Source: an uncultured Microthrixaceae bacterium
Lineage (GTDB): Bacteria; Actinomycetota; Acidimicrobiia; Acidimicrobiales; Acidimicrobilacustridaceae
Direction of reading: 5' to 3'
DNA: 64,000 bases
Assembly: GCA_963740985.1 (NCBI GenBank)
Contig: CAVUGJ010000002.1
Coordinates: 4,591,105 to 4,655,104, forward strand
This document shows positions 36,635 through 45,231 of the stretch, piece after piece. Under the pieces are notes generated by a model. That model searched no databases, was not told the DNA's origin, and worked only from the letters and a program-made list of their open reading frames with translations. The translations under genes and the position numbers were made by a program. Each line of letters starts with the position of its first letter. The first letter of the stretch is position 1.

Positions 36635-36660
36635 GATTTCTGGTGATTTCCCAAGATTTC
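36635..36660 (+). promoter_or_regulatory. Three helically phased GATTTC direct repeats upstream of the ECF sigma gene
   Basis: GATTTC occurs at 36635, 36645 and 36655, exactly 10 bp apart, in an otherwise GC-rich 300-bp intergenic region 70-95 bp upstream of ATG 36731. Confidence 0.35.
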
Positions 36661-36730
36661 CCGCGGGCCTGTATCCACCCGGCCCGAGGTTGCTCTGTTT
36701 CGCGGTCCCCACATCTCGACAGGCCTCCGT

Positions 36731-37324
36731 ATGGACATCGACACCGCCCCTAGACTCCCGGCCATGCGGCCCGACTTCTCTGAGCTCGTGGACCGGGCCC
36801 GCGGCGGTGACGGCGAGGCCTGGCGCCAGATCGTGGACGGGTTGCAAGGGGTGGTGTGGCGAGCGGTCAGCGGCTTCGGGCTCTCCTCGGAGGACCGCAA
36901 GGACGTGTTCGCGGCCGCCTTCTTCCGGCTCTTCGAGCGACTCGACACCATCCGCGAACCGCACAAGCTGCCGGGCTGGATCGCCACCACCACCCGCAAC
37001 GAGGCCCTCACCCTGGTTCGGGCCCGTCAGCGCACCGAGCCCCGTGACGCGATCGGCGACGATGACGCCGACGCCGACGCCGTCGAGCAGAGCCTGTTGG
37101 ACACCGAGCTGGTGGATGCGCTGCGGCGAGCGCTGAATCGCCTGGCGCCCGCGTGTCGCCAGCTGCTGGAACTGCTCACCGCCGATCCGGCCCTGTCCTA
37201 CGACGAGATCGCGGTGGTCCTGGACATGCCCCGGGGCAGCATCGGCCCGTCCCGTCAGCGCTGCCTCGACCGGCTGCGCCACAGTGCGGAGCTGAGCGCC
37301 TTCGTGGAAGGGACGGTTCGATGA
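36731..37324 (+). CDS. ECF-type sigma-70 family RNA polymerase sigma factor
   Basis: Region 2: ...AWRQIVDGLQGVVWRAVSGFGLSSEDRKDVFAAAFFRLFERL...KLPGWIATTTRNEAL. Region 4: ...LAPACRQLLELLTADPALSYDEIAVVLDMPRGSIGPSRQRCLDRLR. The start may instead be ATG 36764. Confidence 0.85.
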   Translation: MDIDTAPRLPAMRPDFSELVDRARGGDGEAWRQIVDGLQGVVWRAVSGFGLSSEDRKDVFAAAFFRLFERLDTIREPHKLPGWIATTTRNEALTLVRARQRTEPRDAIGDDDADADAVEQSLLDTELVDALRRALNRLAPACRQLLELLTADPALSYDEIAVVLDMPRGSIGPSRQRCLDRLRHSAELSAFVEGTVR

Positions 37325-37776
37325 GCGAGCCCGGCGACCTGCACGACGACGACGCCCTTCTGGCCGAGCTGGGGCGCGCCCTGGATCGCCTCGATCCGGT
37401 GCCCCCCGACGCGGTCGAGGCCGCCATCGCCGCCGGCGGGCTGGGCCGGATCAACGACGAGCTGGCCACGCTGGTGGTCGACTCCCTGCTCGATGCCGGT
37501 CCGCTCGTCCGCCACGACGGTCCGGCGCCGCGACAGCTCAGCTTCACCACCGCCCACCTCAGCCTGGAGATCGAGCTGGCGGCCGATGGTGAGACCCTCC
37601 TGGGTGCGGTCTCGCCCGCTTCGGTGGTCGAGGTCGAGAGCGAGGGACCAGGTGCCGTGGCCGGGACCCGCAGCGACGAGTTGGGACGGTTCCGGCTGGC
37701 CCTGGGTCAGGGATGGTGCCGTCTGCGCGTTCGGGCGTCCGGGGTCTCGCTGGTGACCCCGGTCATCGTGCGCTGA
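37321..37776 (+). CDS. Sigma-factor-associated hypothetical protein (151 aa, no TM; candidate soluble anti-sigma/partner)
   Basis: ATG overlaps the sigma stop (ATGA). The N-terminus is acidic (MSEPGDLHDDDALLAELGRALDRLDPVPPDAVEAA). The C-terminal half is beta-rich and ends ...DELGRFRLALGQGWCRLRVRASGVSLVTPVIV. Confidence 0.6.
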   Translation: MSEPGDLHDDDALLAELGRALDRLDPVPPDAVEAAIAAGGLGRINDELATLVVDSLLDAGPLVRHDGPAPRQLSFTTAHLSLEIELAADGETLLGAVSPASVVEVESEGPGAVAGTRSDELGRFRLALGQGWCRLRVRASGVSLVTPVIVR

Positions 37777-40615
37777 GGGCTGCGTCATCGCCGCCCACGC
37801 ACACGAAGGTGGCGGCCCCCAACCCCGGTTCGTCCACCGCCGCCCGAGCCAGGGCCGCGGCCGGCGCCCGGCCGGCGGCCAGCTGGTGGTGCAGCGCCAC
37901 CATGAGGGAGCGGGTGGCATCGTCAGGGACGGCGGTGACGGGCGCGATGACGTCGCGCACCCCCATGCCGATGAGCGTGGCCGCGGTGCCCAGCAGCTCG
38001 TCGCCGGATCGGACGGCCACGGTGGCGGCCTCACAGGCAGACAACACGACCAGGCGGGGGGCCTGACGCACCCGCTCGAGGTCGTAGACGGTGAGCGGAC
38101 CGTCGGCCAGTCGCACCGACGAGAAGAGCGGGCTGTCGGCCCGGAAGGTGCCGTGGGCCGCCAGGTGCACCACCTCGGCTCGTTCGATGGCGCCCAGCAC
38201 GGCCTCGACGGTGGCCGCCCGACCGACCAGCACCTCGGCGCCGGGGTAGAGGTGGGCCAGGCGACGCACCTCGGCCCGGGCCCCGGGCAGGTCGGGTCCC
38301 GCGATCAGCGCGGTCCGGCTCCCGCCCGAGCCAGCGGTGGCCGAAGCAACCGTCGCGGCCATCCACACCGCCGCGCTGGGGGCCACGGTGGTGGGCCGCC
38401 CGGCCAAGCTGGGCAGCGCCGACCAGGCCACCCCGTACAGCGAGCCGGTGGGCACCACGATGACGCCGGGTACCTCCTGGGCGGACCCCACCGACGCCAG
38501 GAGCGGGGCCACCAACAGCTCGTCCAGCCGGGCCGCGCTCTGCGAGACGGCCGATGGGACCGGATCGACCCGACGTCGGCGGCGGGCCCCCGACGACCGG
38601 TTCGACGGCACCGCCAGCCATCGGCGCAGGGCGAAGAGCAGATAGTCCCGCTCGCGCTCCACCTCCACAGCCGGACCCAAGGGGTGATGGGCCAGGCGAC
38701 CCCGGTGCAGCGTGATGGCGTGCAGCTCACCGTCGAGCTCGACATACTCGATGAGGGCCCGGGGGCCCACCGTCCGTCGCAGTCGAGGCAGGTCCAATCG
38801 GGCCGAGCGGTGCTGATCCGCGGAACCGTCGGTGCCGAGGTCGCGTGCCTGGCGGGTCCGGTGCCGGATGGTGTCCTCCAGGGCGCGGGCCTGCCGGCGC
38901 AACGCCACGGTCTCGTCGTCGGCCGGGTCGTCCGGATCGCCGGTCTGGCCGATGGTCTCGCGCAACTCGGTGTCGACCTGGCGCAGGGCGGTGAGGTCGG
39001 CGGCCAGCCGGGCGTCGTCGGGTGGGCGCACCCGGGGCCGGGTCAGGGCCCGGGCCCGTCCCCGTTCGGCCCACTCCAGCAGCGGCGCCGGCCGCCCGTC
39101 GGCCAGGGCCAGACGGGTGCCCAGGCGGGTCAGCTCGCTGCCGTGGCCCGCCGCGCCGGTGCGCAGCTCGGTGGCGCCCAGCGTGGCGCGATAGCGGTCG
39201 ATGACGCCCAGACCGGCCACCAACGCCCGTCGGGCCGCGGTGGGGTCACCGTCGGCCAGGTGGAGCAGCGCGGCGGCGTGCCAGGCCTGGGCCCGCTGCT
39301 CGGCCGGTCCACGGCGGCGGGCGGCGGCGGCGTCGGTCAGCTCGCGCCGGGCAACGGCGGGACGTCCCAGGGCCAGTGCCAGGCGGCCCACGAAGGTACG
39401 CACGTGGACCGCCTCGATGGGCCAGCCCTGGCGTTCGAGCTCCAGGGCCAGGTCCTGGCTGCGACCCAAGAGGTCCCCGGGCGGGCGATCGTCGTCCTGG
39501 GAGGCCAGCACCTCGGCCTGGATGCCGACGTAGCGAGCCTGGGCGGCCCAGGGTCGACGTTGGGTGAGGTCGAACTGGTCGGCCGCCACCTGCGCCTCAC
39601 GGGCCGCTTCGCCGTACTGGCCGTGGGCCAACAGGGCTCTCGCGGCCAGCAGGCGGGTCTCGTTCAGATGGCTCTGGTCGCCGCTGGCCGCCACCGCGGC
39701 CAGGGCGGCTCGGGCCGTCGACACCGCCTCGTTGGCCAGGCCGGCCAGCAGCAGGACGTCGCAGCGGTCGGCGAGCAGGACGGCGTTGCCCAGCTGGGCG
39801 TCTTCCAGGCGGGCGTAGGCCGCCTCGGCCCGCTCCAGGGCGGCCAGGGCGGCGGGCAGGTCGCCCCGACGTCCCTGGGCGAAGGCGATGTTGTGCGCGG
39901 CCATGGCCGCCAGCGACGGCAGATCCCGGGCCTGGGCGATGCGTTCGCTCTGGGCCAGGTCCTCGAGCGCCCCGGCCGGGTCGCCCTGATAAGCCCGCAG
40001 CGCGCCCCGGTTCAGCCGCAGGCGGGCGATCGAGTACTGGTCGTCGACCTGGGTCAACAGTCGCAGCGCCCGTCGCAGGATGGTCTGGGCCTCGGTGAGG
40101 TGGCCGGTCCGCTGGCGCAGGAAGCCGTAGAGCATCTCCACCTGTCCCCGCGTGGAAGGCGGGGTCAGATGGCGGGCCTGGGCCAGCTCCCGTTCGGCCC
40201 CGTCGGTGTCGCCCAGGCCGAGCAGGGACACCGACAAGGAGGCCCGGGCCAGCGCCAGGGTCTCGATCCGGGCCTGGTCGGCCTGGCCTTCCGGTGGATC
40301 GGCCGGGGCCACGCTGGCCTGGATGGCTTCCTGGTAGCTGGCCACCGCCTCGGCGCTGGCGCGCAGCTCGTGGCTGGTCAGGCCCACCACCCAGGCGGCG
40401 CGTGCGGCCACGACGGGGTCGGTGGTGGCCTGCCGGAGGCGTTTGGTCTCGTCCCGGGCCCGGGCGGGATCGCGGTGGCGGCGTTCGGCCAACTCGGCCA
40501 GCTGAGTCAGCTGAATCCGTTGACGGGTCCGCGCCGCCTGTCCCGCCGTCCCGGCCACGGGACGGATCGTAAGCCAGTCCGGGCGTTCACGCCGACGGCA
40601 CCGCCCGACCGTCAC
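37763..40615 (-). CDS. TPR-repeat CHAT domain protein (caspase-like protease), about 950 aa
   Basis: Long helical-repeat region followed by a C-terminal CHAT domain: ...AEVVHLAAHGTF (catalytic His)...PRLVVLSACEAA (catalytic Cys). Start taken as GTG 40615 (alternative GTG 40558). Track ORF residues upstream of that are antisense to the PVYAT repeat. Confidence 0.8.
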   Translation of the reverse strand: MTVGRCRRRERPDWLTIRPVAGTAGQAARTRQRIQLTQLAELAERRHRDPARARDETKRLRQATTDPVVAARAAWVVGLTSHELRASAEAVASYQEAIQASVAPADPPEGQADQARIETLALARASLSVSLLGLGDTDGAERELAQARHLTPPSTRGQVEMLYGFLRQRTGHLTEAQTILRRALRLLTQVDDQYSIARLRLNRGALRAYQGDPAGALEDLAQSERIAQARDLPSLAAMAAHNIAFAQGRRGDLPAALAALERAEAAYARLEDAQLGNAVLLADRCDVLLLAGLANEAVSTARAALAAVAASGDQSHLNETRLLAARALLAHGQYGEAAREAQVAADQFDLTQRRPWAAQARYVGIQAEVLASQDDDRPPGDLLGRSQDLALELERQGWPIEAVHVRTFVGRLALALGRPAVARRELTDAAAARRRGPAEQRAQAWHAAALLHLADGDPTAARRALVAGLGVIDRYRATLGATELRTGAAGHGSELTRLGTRLALADGRPAPLLEWAERGRARALTRPRVRPPDDARLAADLTALRQVDTELRETIGQTGDPDDPADDETVALRRQARALEDTIRHRTRQARDLGTDGSADQHRSARLDLPRLRRTVGPRALIEYVELDGELHAITLHRGRLAHHPLGPAVEVERERDYLLFALRRWLAVPSNRSSGARRRRRVDPVPSAVSQSAARLDELLVAPLLASVGSAQEVPGVIVVPTGSLYGVAWSALPSLAGRPTTVAPSAAVWMAATVASATAGSGGSRTALIAGPDLPGARAEVRRLAHLYPGAEVLVGRAATVEAVLGAIERAEVVHLAAHGTFRADSPLFSSVRLADGPLTVYDLERVRQAPRLVVLSACEAATVAVRSGDELLGTAATLIGMGVRDVIAPVTAVPDDATRSLMVALHHQLAAGRAPAAALARAAVDEPGLGAATFVCVGGDDAALSAR

Positions 40616-40650
40616 CCCACCAACTCGAGTCCGACCAAGGAGGCAACACC

Positions 40651-42036
40651 GTGAGCAACATCGACGATGGGCAGGGTGGCCGGGAGCGGCCGACCGGACC
40701 GTGGACCGATCGGGTCCGGTTCGGGTCCCGGGCGGGGAGCGATCCGTTCGCCTACCGCCCGGGCCAGGTGGTGGCCGGGGCCGGGGACGCCTGTCGGGCC
40801 GCGGTGACGGAGCTGGCCGCGGAGGCGTCGGTGACCGACCTGGGTGCGAGCTTGCACGTCTCGGGTGTGGACGATGCCCTGGGGCTGGTCGATGACCTGC
40901 AGGCGCGGGGTCACCGGGCGCATCCCAACCACGTGTACTTCGCCCACGACGTGGGCGGGTGCGAGTGTTGCCCGCCCCATCCGGCCTCGGGATCGGGTCC
41001 CGGCGCCAACCCGGTGTACGCCACGCCGGTGTACGCGACGCCGGTGTATGCGACGCCGGTGTATGCGACGCCGGTGTATGCGACGCCGGTGTACGCGACG
41101 CCGGTGTATGCGACGCCTGTGTATGCGACGCCGGTGTACGCGACACCTGTGTACGCCACCGTGCCGGTGCACAGCAGCGCTCGCCCAGTGCCGCCGGGGA
41201 CGCCCATGGCCGAGCTCGTCCGGGACTATCACCGTGGCGACGACCGGGCTTCAGCCAACGTGATCGTGCTCGACACGGGGCTGGCTTCCCACCCGTTCCG
41301 GCCGGCGGCTTTGGCCGATCCCTCGCCCATCCATGCCGCTTCCCCGGCGGACGAGGATCGGCCCGACGAGAACGACGACCACCTGCTCGATCCCGCCGCC
41401 GGGCACGGCACCTTCGTGGCCGGGGTGGTCGATCAGGTGGCCCCGGGCTGCGCCATCACCATCCACCGCGTGCTCTCGACCTTCGGCGACGGCGACGAGG
41501 TGGCCATCGCCGCCTGCCTCGACGCCATCGAGCCCGAGGATCCGGCCCGCACCATCCTGAACCTGTCCTTCGGCGGCTACGTCCTCGACCACCCCCACCT
41601 GCTGGCCCGGGCCGTCCGGCGCCTCCAGCGGCTGGGTGTGGTGGTGGTGGCCTCGGCTGGCAACGACGCTACGTGCCGGCCCACCTATCCGGCGGCGCTG
41701 GACGGAGTGGTGTCGGTGGGCGCGGTGGGCCCGGGGGGTCCGGCGCCGTTCACCAACTACGGCCCGTGGGTCCGGGCCTGCGCCCCCGGGGTCGATCTGC
41801 TCAGCGCCTTCTTCCGCGGCGTCGACGTCAGCGAGGCCGTCCCCGGCGTGCCGGGAGACTTCGATGGCTGGGCGGTGTGGAGCGGGACCTCGTTCGCCGC
41901 GCCGGTGGTGGTGGGCGCGCTGGCCGCCACCATGCACGCCGTGGGCTGTTCGGCGGCCGAGGCCGTCAACCGGGTCATCGACGCCCCGGCCCTGATGCGC
42001 ATCCCCTATCTGGGAACGGTGGTGAACCTGGCCTGA
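40651..42036 (+). CDS. S8 family serine peptidase (subtilase) without a signal peptide, with an N-terminal domain, a Cys-rich motif and a 10x PVYAT repeat
   Basis: AAGGAGG lies 7 nt upstream of GTG 40651. Catalytic triad contexts are VIVLDTGL (Asp), AAGHGTFVAG (His) and WSGTSFAAP (Ser). GCECCPPHP and the repeats precede the catalytic domain. No N-terminal hydrophobic segment. Confidence 0.85.
   Translation: MSNIDDGQGGRERPTGPWTDRVRFGSRAGSDPFAYRPGQVVAGAGDACRAAVTELAAEASVTDLGASLHVSGVDDALGLVDDLQARGHRAHPNHVYFAHDVGGCECCPPHPASGSGPGANPVYATPVYATPVYATPVYATPVYATPVYATPVYATPVYATPVYATPVYATVPVHSSARPVPPGTPMAELVRDYHRGDDRASANVIVLDTGLASHPFRPAALADPSPIHAASPADEDRPDENDDHLLDPAAGHGTFVAGVVDQVAPGCAITIHRVLSTFGDGDEVAIAACLDAIEPEDPARTILNLSFGGYVLDHPHLLARAVRRLQRLGVVVVASAGNDATCRPTYPAALDGVVSVGAVGPGGPAPFTNYGPWVRACAPGVDLLSAFFRGVDVSEAVPGVPGDFDGWAVWSGTSFAAPVVVGALAATMHAVGCSAAEAVNRVIDAPALMRIPYLGTVVNLA
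41011..41160 (+). repeat. 10 tandem copies of a 15-bp unit (CCGGTGTAYGCGACG) encoding PVYAT, inside the S8 peptidase gene
   Basis: Ten head-to-tail units were read directly. All differences between units are synonymous third-position changes (ccg/cct, tac/tat, gcc/gcg, acg/aca/acc). Confidence 0.95.
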
Positions 42037-42058
42037 GGCCATCTGACCGTGGCCCCGG

Positions 42059-42940
42059 GTGCGGCCCTACGCTGGCCGGGTGGACCCTCGTCCCATCGGC
42101 ATGTTCGACAGCGGCTTCGGCGGGCTCACGGTGGCCCGGGCCGTCATCGACCTGCTCCCGGACCAGTCGCTGGTGTACGTGGGCGACACCGACCGCTACC
42201 CCTACGGTCCGCGGCCACTGGCCGAGGTGCGCGAGTACGCCCTGCAGATCGGTACCTGGCTGGTGCGCGAGCACGAGGTGAAGGTGCTGGTGGTGGCGTG
42301 CAACACCGCGGCCGCAGCCGCGCTCGACGAGCTGGGCGACCAGCTCGGGGTGCCGGTGATCGGCGTGATCGAACCGGGCGTGCGGGCCATGTTGTCGGCC
42401 ACGACCAGCGGCCATGTCGGGGTGATCGGCACCGTCGGGACCATCTCGTCGGGGGCGTACCAGCGGGTGGTGGCCACCATGTCCGACGAGGTCAAGCTCA
42501 CCTGCGCGGCGTGTCCCGGGTTCGTCGAGTTCGTGGAGCGGGGTGACTTCGACGGGGATCAGGTCCACGTGCTGGCCGAACGCCTGCTGGCCCCGATGCA
42601 CGACGCCGGCATCGACACGTTGCTGCTGGGGTGCACCCACTACCCCTACCTGGCCCGCACCATCGCCGACGTGATGGGTCGCGACGTGGTCCTGGTGTCG
42701 TCGGCGGACGAAACTGCCTTCGCCCTGGCCGCCGCCCTGGGCCGGTCCCGACCCGCGTCGAGCCCGGGCGCCGCGGGCGGCGGGCCGCGGCACCGGTGGT
42801 TCTCCTCCGGCGACCTGGGATCGTTCCAGTCGCTGGGTCAACGACTGCTCGGCCCCGAGCTCGACCAGGCCGAAGCCCTGGTCTGGGCCGATCCGACCGC
42901 CAGTTCGCGGCCCCCGCTCGACGGCCCGGGGCGCCCATGA
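42059..42940 (+). CDS. murI: Glutamate racemase
   Basis: PIGMFDSGFGGLTVARAV...YVGDTDRYPYG...VVACNTAAAAAL...LLGCTHYP, with both catalytic Cys motifs. Confidence 0.95.
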   Translation: MRPYAGRVDPRPIGMFDSGFGGLTVARAVIDLLPDQSLVYVGDTDRYPYGPRPLAEVREYALQIGTWLVREHEVKVLVVACNTAAAAALDELGDQLGVPVIGVIEPGVRAMLSATTSGHVGVIGTVGTISSGAYQRVVATMSDEVKLTCAACPGFVEFVERGDFDGDQVHVLAERLLAPMHDAGIDTLLLGCTHYPYLARTIADVMGRDVVLVSSADETAFALAAALGRSRPASSPGAAGGGPRHRWFSSGDLGSFQSLGQRLLGPELDQAEALVWADPTASSRPPLDGPGRP

Positions 42941-43728
42941 GCCTCGAGATCACCGTCCTCGGGTGTTCCGGGAGCTATCCGGGTCCCGGGGACGCGGCCA
43001 GCGGCTACCTGCTGCGCGGCGGCGGGGCCACGGTGGTCATGGACCTGGGTCCGGGCACGCTGGCCAACCTGCAGCGACACGTGCCGCTCTCGGCCATCGA
43101 CGCGGTCGTCCTGACCCATCGCCACCCGGACCACTGGACCGACCTGGCCGGTCTGCACACCGCGGTCAAGTACGGCTCGGATCGTGAGGGGCTCCAGGTG
43201 TGGGGAACGCCCGAGGGTCGCCAGATGGCCGAGGAGCTGACCGGCGGACTGGCCCCGACGCTGGACTGGCGCGACATCGGCGCCGGCTCGCTGCTGGTGG
43301 TGGACGGCCTGTGCTTCACCTTCGGGCCCACCGAGCACTACGTCCCCTGCTTCGCGGTGCGGGTCGACGGCCCGGCCGGCGAGTTGCTGGTGTATTCGGC
43401 CGACACCGGCCCGGGCTGGCCCATCACCGCGCTCACCTCGGCCTCGCCGGTGTTCGCCGGGCGGCCCGAGGCGTCCCGGCCCATCGACCTGCTCCTGTGT
43501 GAGTCGACCCACCTGGCGTCGCGCGAAGGCGAGGGAGTGCTGCACCTGAGCGGGCGCCAGGCCGGCGTCCTGGCGCGCTCGGTGGGTGCGCGACGATTGA
43601 TGCTCACCCACCTGTGGCCCACCGACGATCCCGAAGATCACCGGGCCGAGGCCGTCGACGCGTTCGGTGCCCCTGTCGAGCTCGCCGTCACCAACCAGAC
43701 CTACGACGTCGGGAGACCGCCACCGTGA
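42937..43728 (+). CDS. MBL-fold metallo-hydrolase
   Basis: ATG overlaps the murI stop (ATGA). [16 protein letters not shown]...[14 protein letters not shown] carries the HxHxDH motif. Confidence 0.85.
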   Translation: MSLEITVLGCSGSYPGPGDAASGYLLRGGGATVVMDLGPGTLANLQRHVPLSAIDAVVLTHRHPDHWTDLAGLHTAVKYGSDREGLQVWGTPEGRQMAEELTGGLAPTLDWRDIGAGSLLVVDGLCFTFGPTEHYVPCFAVRVDGPAGELLVYSADTGPGWPITALTSASPVFAGRPEASRPIDLLLCESTHLASREGEGVLHLSGRQAGVLARSVGARRLMLTHLWPTDDPEDHRAEAVDAFGAPVELAVTNQTYDVGRPPP

Positions 43729-43753
43729 ACCAGCTTTCCCCGAGCACCACCCG

Positions 43754-44491
43754 ATGAGGCCCGACGGCCGCCAGCCCGACGAGTTGCGCCCCATCGGCTT
43801 CGAGCGGGACTTCACCACCCAGACCGCCGGGTCGGTGCTGGTGACCGCGGGCAACACGATGGTGCTGTGCACGGCCACCATCGACGACGACGTGCCCCGG
43901 TGGATGCGGGGTTCGGGCAAGGGCTGGGTCACCGCCGAGTACTCGATGCTGCCGGGGTCATCCAACGAGCGCATCCGCCGGGAGGTGTCCAAGGGCAGTC
44001 CCGGTGGCCGCACCCACGAGATCCAACGACTCATCGGTCGGTCGCTGCGCGCCGTGTGCGACATGGTGGTGCTGGGGGAGCGTCAGGTGATCGTCGACTG
44101 CGACGTGCTCCAGGCCGACGGGGGGACCCGCACCGCCTCCATCAACGGGGGCTACCTGGCGCTGCACGACGCCCTCACCCGCCACGTCCAGCGCGGGGTC
44201 ATCGCCGAGCACCCGTTGACCGAGGCCTGTGCCGCCGTGTCGGTCGGGATCGTGGGGGGCGTGCCCATCCTCGACCTGCCCTACGTGGAGGACTCCAACG
44301 CCGAGGTGGACATGAACGTGGTCATGACCCAGTCCGGCCGTTTCATCGAGGTGCAGGGCACGGCCGAGGGCATGGCCTTCAGTCGCGACGAGCTCGACGA
44401 GCTGCTCCGCCTGGCCGAGGTCGGCGTGAACCAGATCGTCGATCTGGGCGCCCAGCTGCTGGCCGAGCCACCTGCGCCGCGCCCCGCCTGA
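43754..44491 (+). CDS. rph: Ribonuclease PH
   Basis: [14 protein letters not shown]...[16 protein letters not shown]...[13 protein letters not shown]...[17 protein letters not shown]...[19 protein letters not shown] is the canonical RNase PH sequence. Confidence 0.95.
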   Translation: MRPDGRQPDELRPIGFERDFTTQTAGSVLVTAGNTMVLCTATIDDDVPRWMRGSGKGWVTAEYSMLPGSSNERIRREVSKGSPGGRTHEIQRLIGRSLRAVCDMVVLGERQVIVDCDVLQADGGTRTASINGGYLALHDALTRHVQRGVIAEHPLTEACAAVSVGIVGGVPILDLPYVEDSNAEVDMNVVMTQSGRFIEVQGTAEGMAFSRDELDELLRLAEVGVNQIVDLGAQLLAEPPAPRPA

Positions 44492-44492
44492 G

Positions 44493-45149
44493 GTGACGCC
44501 ACCGAGCGGGGCTGACTCGCGGCCCACCCTGGTGGTGGCCTCGGCCAATCCGGACAAGGTGGCCGAGATCGCCGCGGTGCTCGGCGACGCGGTCGTGCTG
44601 CGTCCCCGTCCCGTCGAGGTGGGCGAGGTGGTGGAGGACGCCGACACCCTGGAGGGCAACGCCCGGCTCAAGGCGGTGGCCATCGCCTCGGCCACCGGTC
44701 AGGCGGCGGTGGCCGACGACACCGGCCTCGAGGTGGCGGCACTGGGCGGGGCACCGGGGGTCTACTCGGCCCGCTACGCCGGCGAGGATGTCGGCTACGC
44801 CGACAACGTGGCCAAGCTCCTGGTGGAGCTCGAGCGGGTGGGCGCCCGCGGACCTGCGGCGCGCGCCGCTCGGTTCCGCACCGTGGCGCTGGTGCGCTGG
44901 CCCGACGGGCGGGAGCTGGCGGTGGAGGGAGAGGTCCGGGGCTCCATCGCCGAGGCTCCTCGGGGTGACCGCGGCTTCGGCTACGACCCGGTGTTCGTCC
45001 CCGACGAGCTGGACAGCACACCGGGCCATCGGACCTTCGCCGAGATGACCGCCGACGAAAAGCACGCGGTGAGCCATCGCGGCCGCGCCTTTCGAGCCCT
45101 GGCCGAGGCCCTGGCCGACCTCGACTCGACCGCTGACCCCGCCATCTGA
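44493..45149 (+). CDS. rdgB: RdgB/HAM1 family non-canonical purine NTP pyrophosphatase
   Basis: LVVASANPDKVAEI...VEDADTLEGNARLKA...ADDTGLEV.ALGGAPGVYSARYAG...GFGYDPVF...TFAEM....K...SHRGRAF. It follows rph, as in many bacteria. Confidence 0.9.
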   Translation: MTPPSGADSRPTLVVASANPDKVAEIAAVLGDAVVLRPRPVEVGEVVEDADTLEGNARLKAVAIASATGQAAVADDTGLEVAALGGAPGVYSARYAGEDVGYADNVAKLLVELERVGARGPAARAARFRTVALVRWPDGRELAVEGEVRGSIAEAPRGDRGFGYDPVFVPDELDSTPGHRTFAEMTADEKHAVSHRGRAFRALAEALADLDSTADPAI

Positions 45150-45164
45150 CCCCGCCCCCTGATC

Positions 45165-45216
45165 TCGAAATCCGTGGAGAAATGCACACCCAAGGGGTGT
45201 TTCTCCACGGATTTCG
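45165..45216. repeat. Palindromic hairpin element, copy 1 (17-bp perfect arms)
   Basis: CGAAATCCGTGGAGAAA (45166-45182) pairs perfectly with TTTCTCCACGGATTTCG (45200-45216). The loop contains a further ACACCC/GGGTGT pairing. It lies between the convergent rdgB and DUF559 genes. Confidence 0.9.
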
Positions 45217-45231
45217 CTGAGGGTCGGGGAA

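Noticed and set aside
36423-36730. Possible ncRNA, riboswitch or ECF-type promoter (GGAAC-N16-CGT) in the 300-bp cysM-sigma spacer, including the GTTCCCGG...CCGGGAAC hairpin at about 36528-36558
   Set aside because: No recognisable riboswitch core or convincing -35/-10 ECF pair could be aligned by eye. Only the phased GATTTC repeats were kept.
40616-41146. N-terminal extension of track ORF 37763..41146 containing (PASHT)n repeats
   Set aside because: It is the antisense reading of the (PVYAT)10 tract and of the 5' end of the S8 gene. The S8 frame has a strong AAGGAGG RBS and catalytic motifs. The CHAT protein most plausibly starts at GTG 40615 or 40558.
41011-41160. Possible CRISPR array (regular short repeats); also considered for 46241-46294
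   Set aside because: The repeats are directly abutting with no spacers. They are 15 bp and 27 bp long, the first is in-frame coding sequence, and no cas genes are present.
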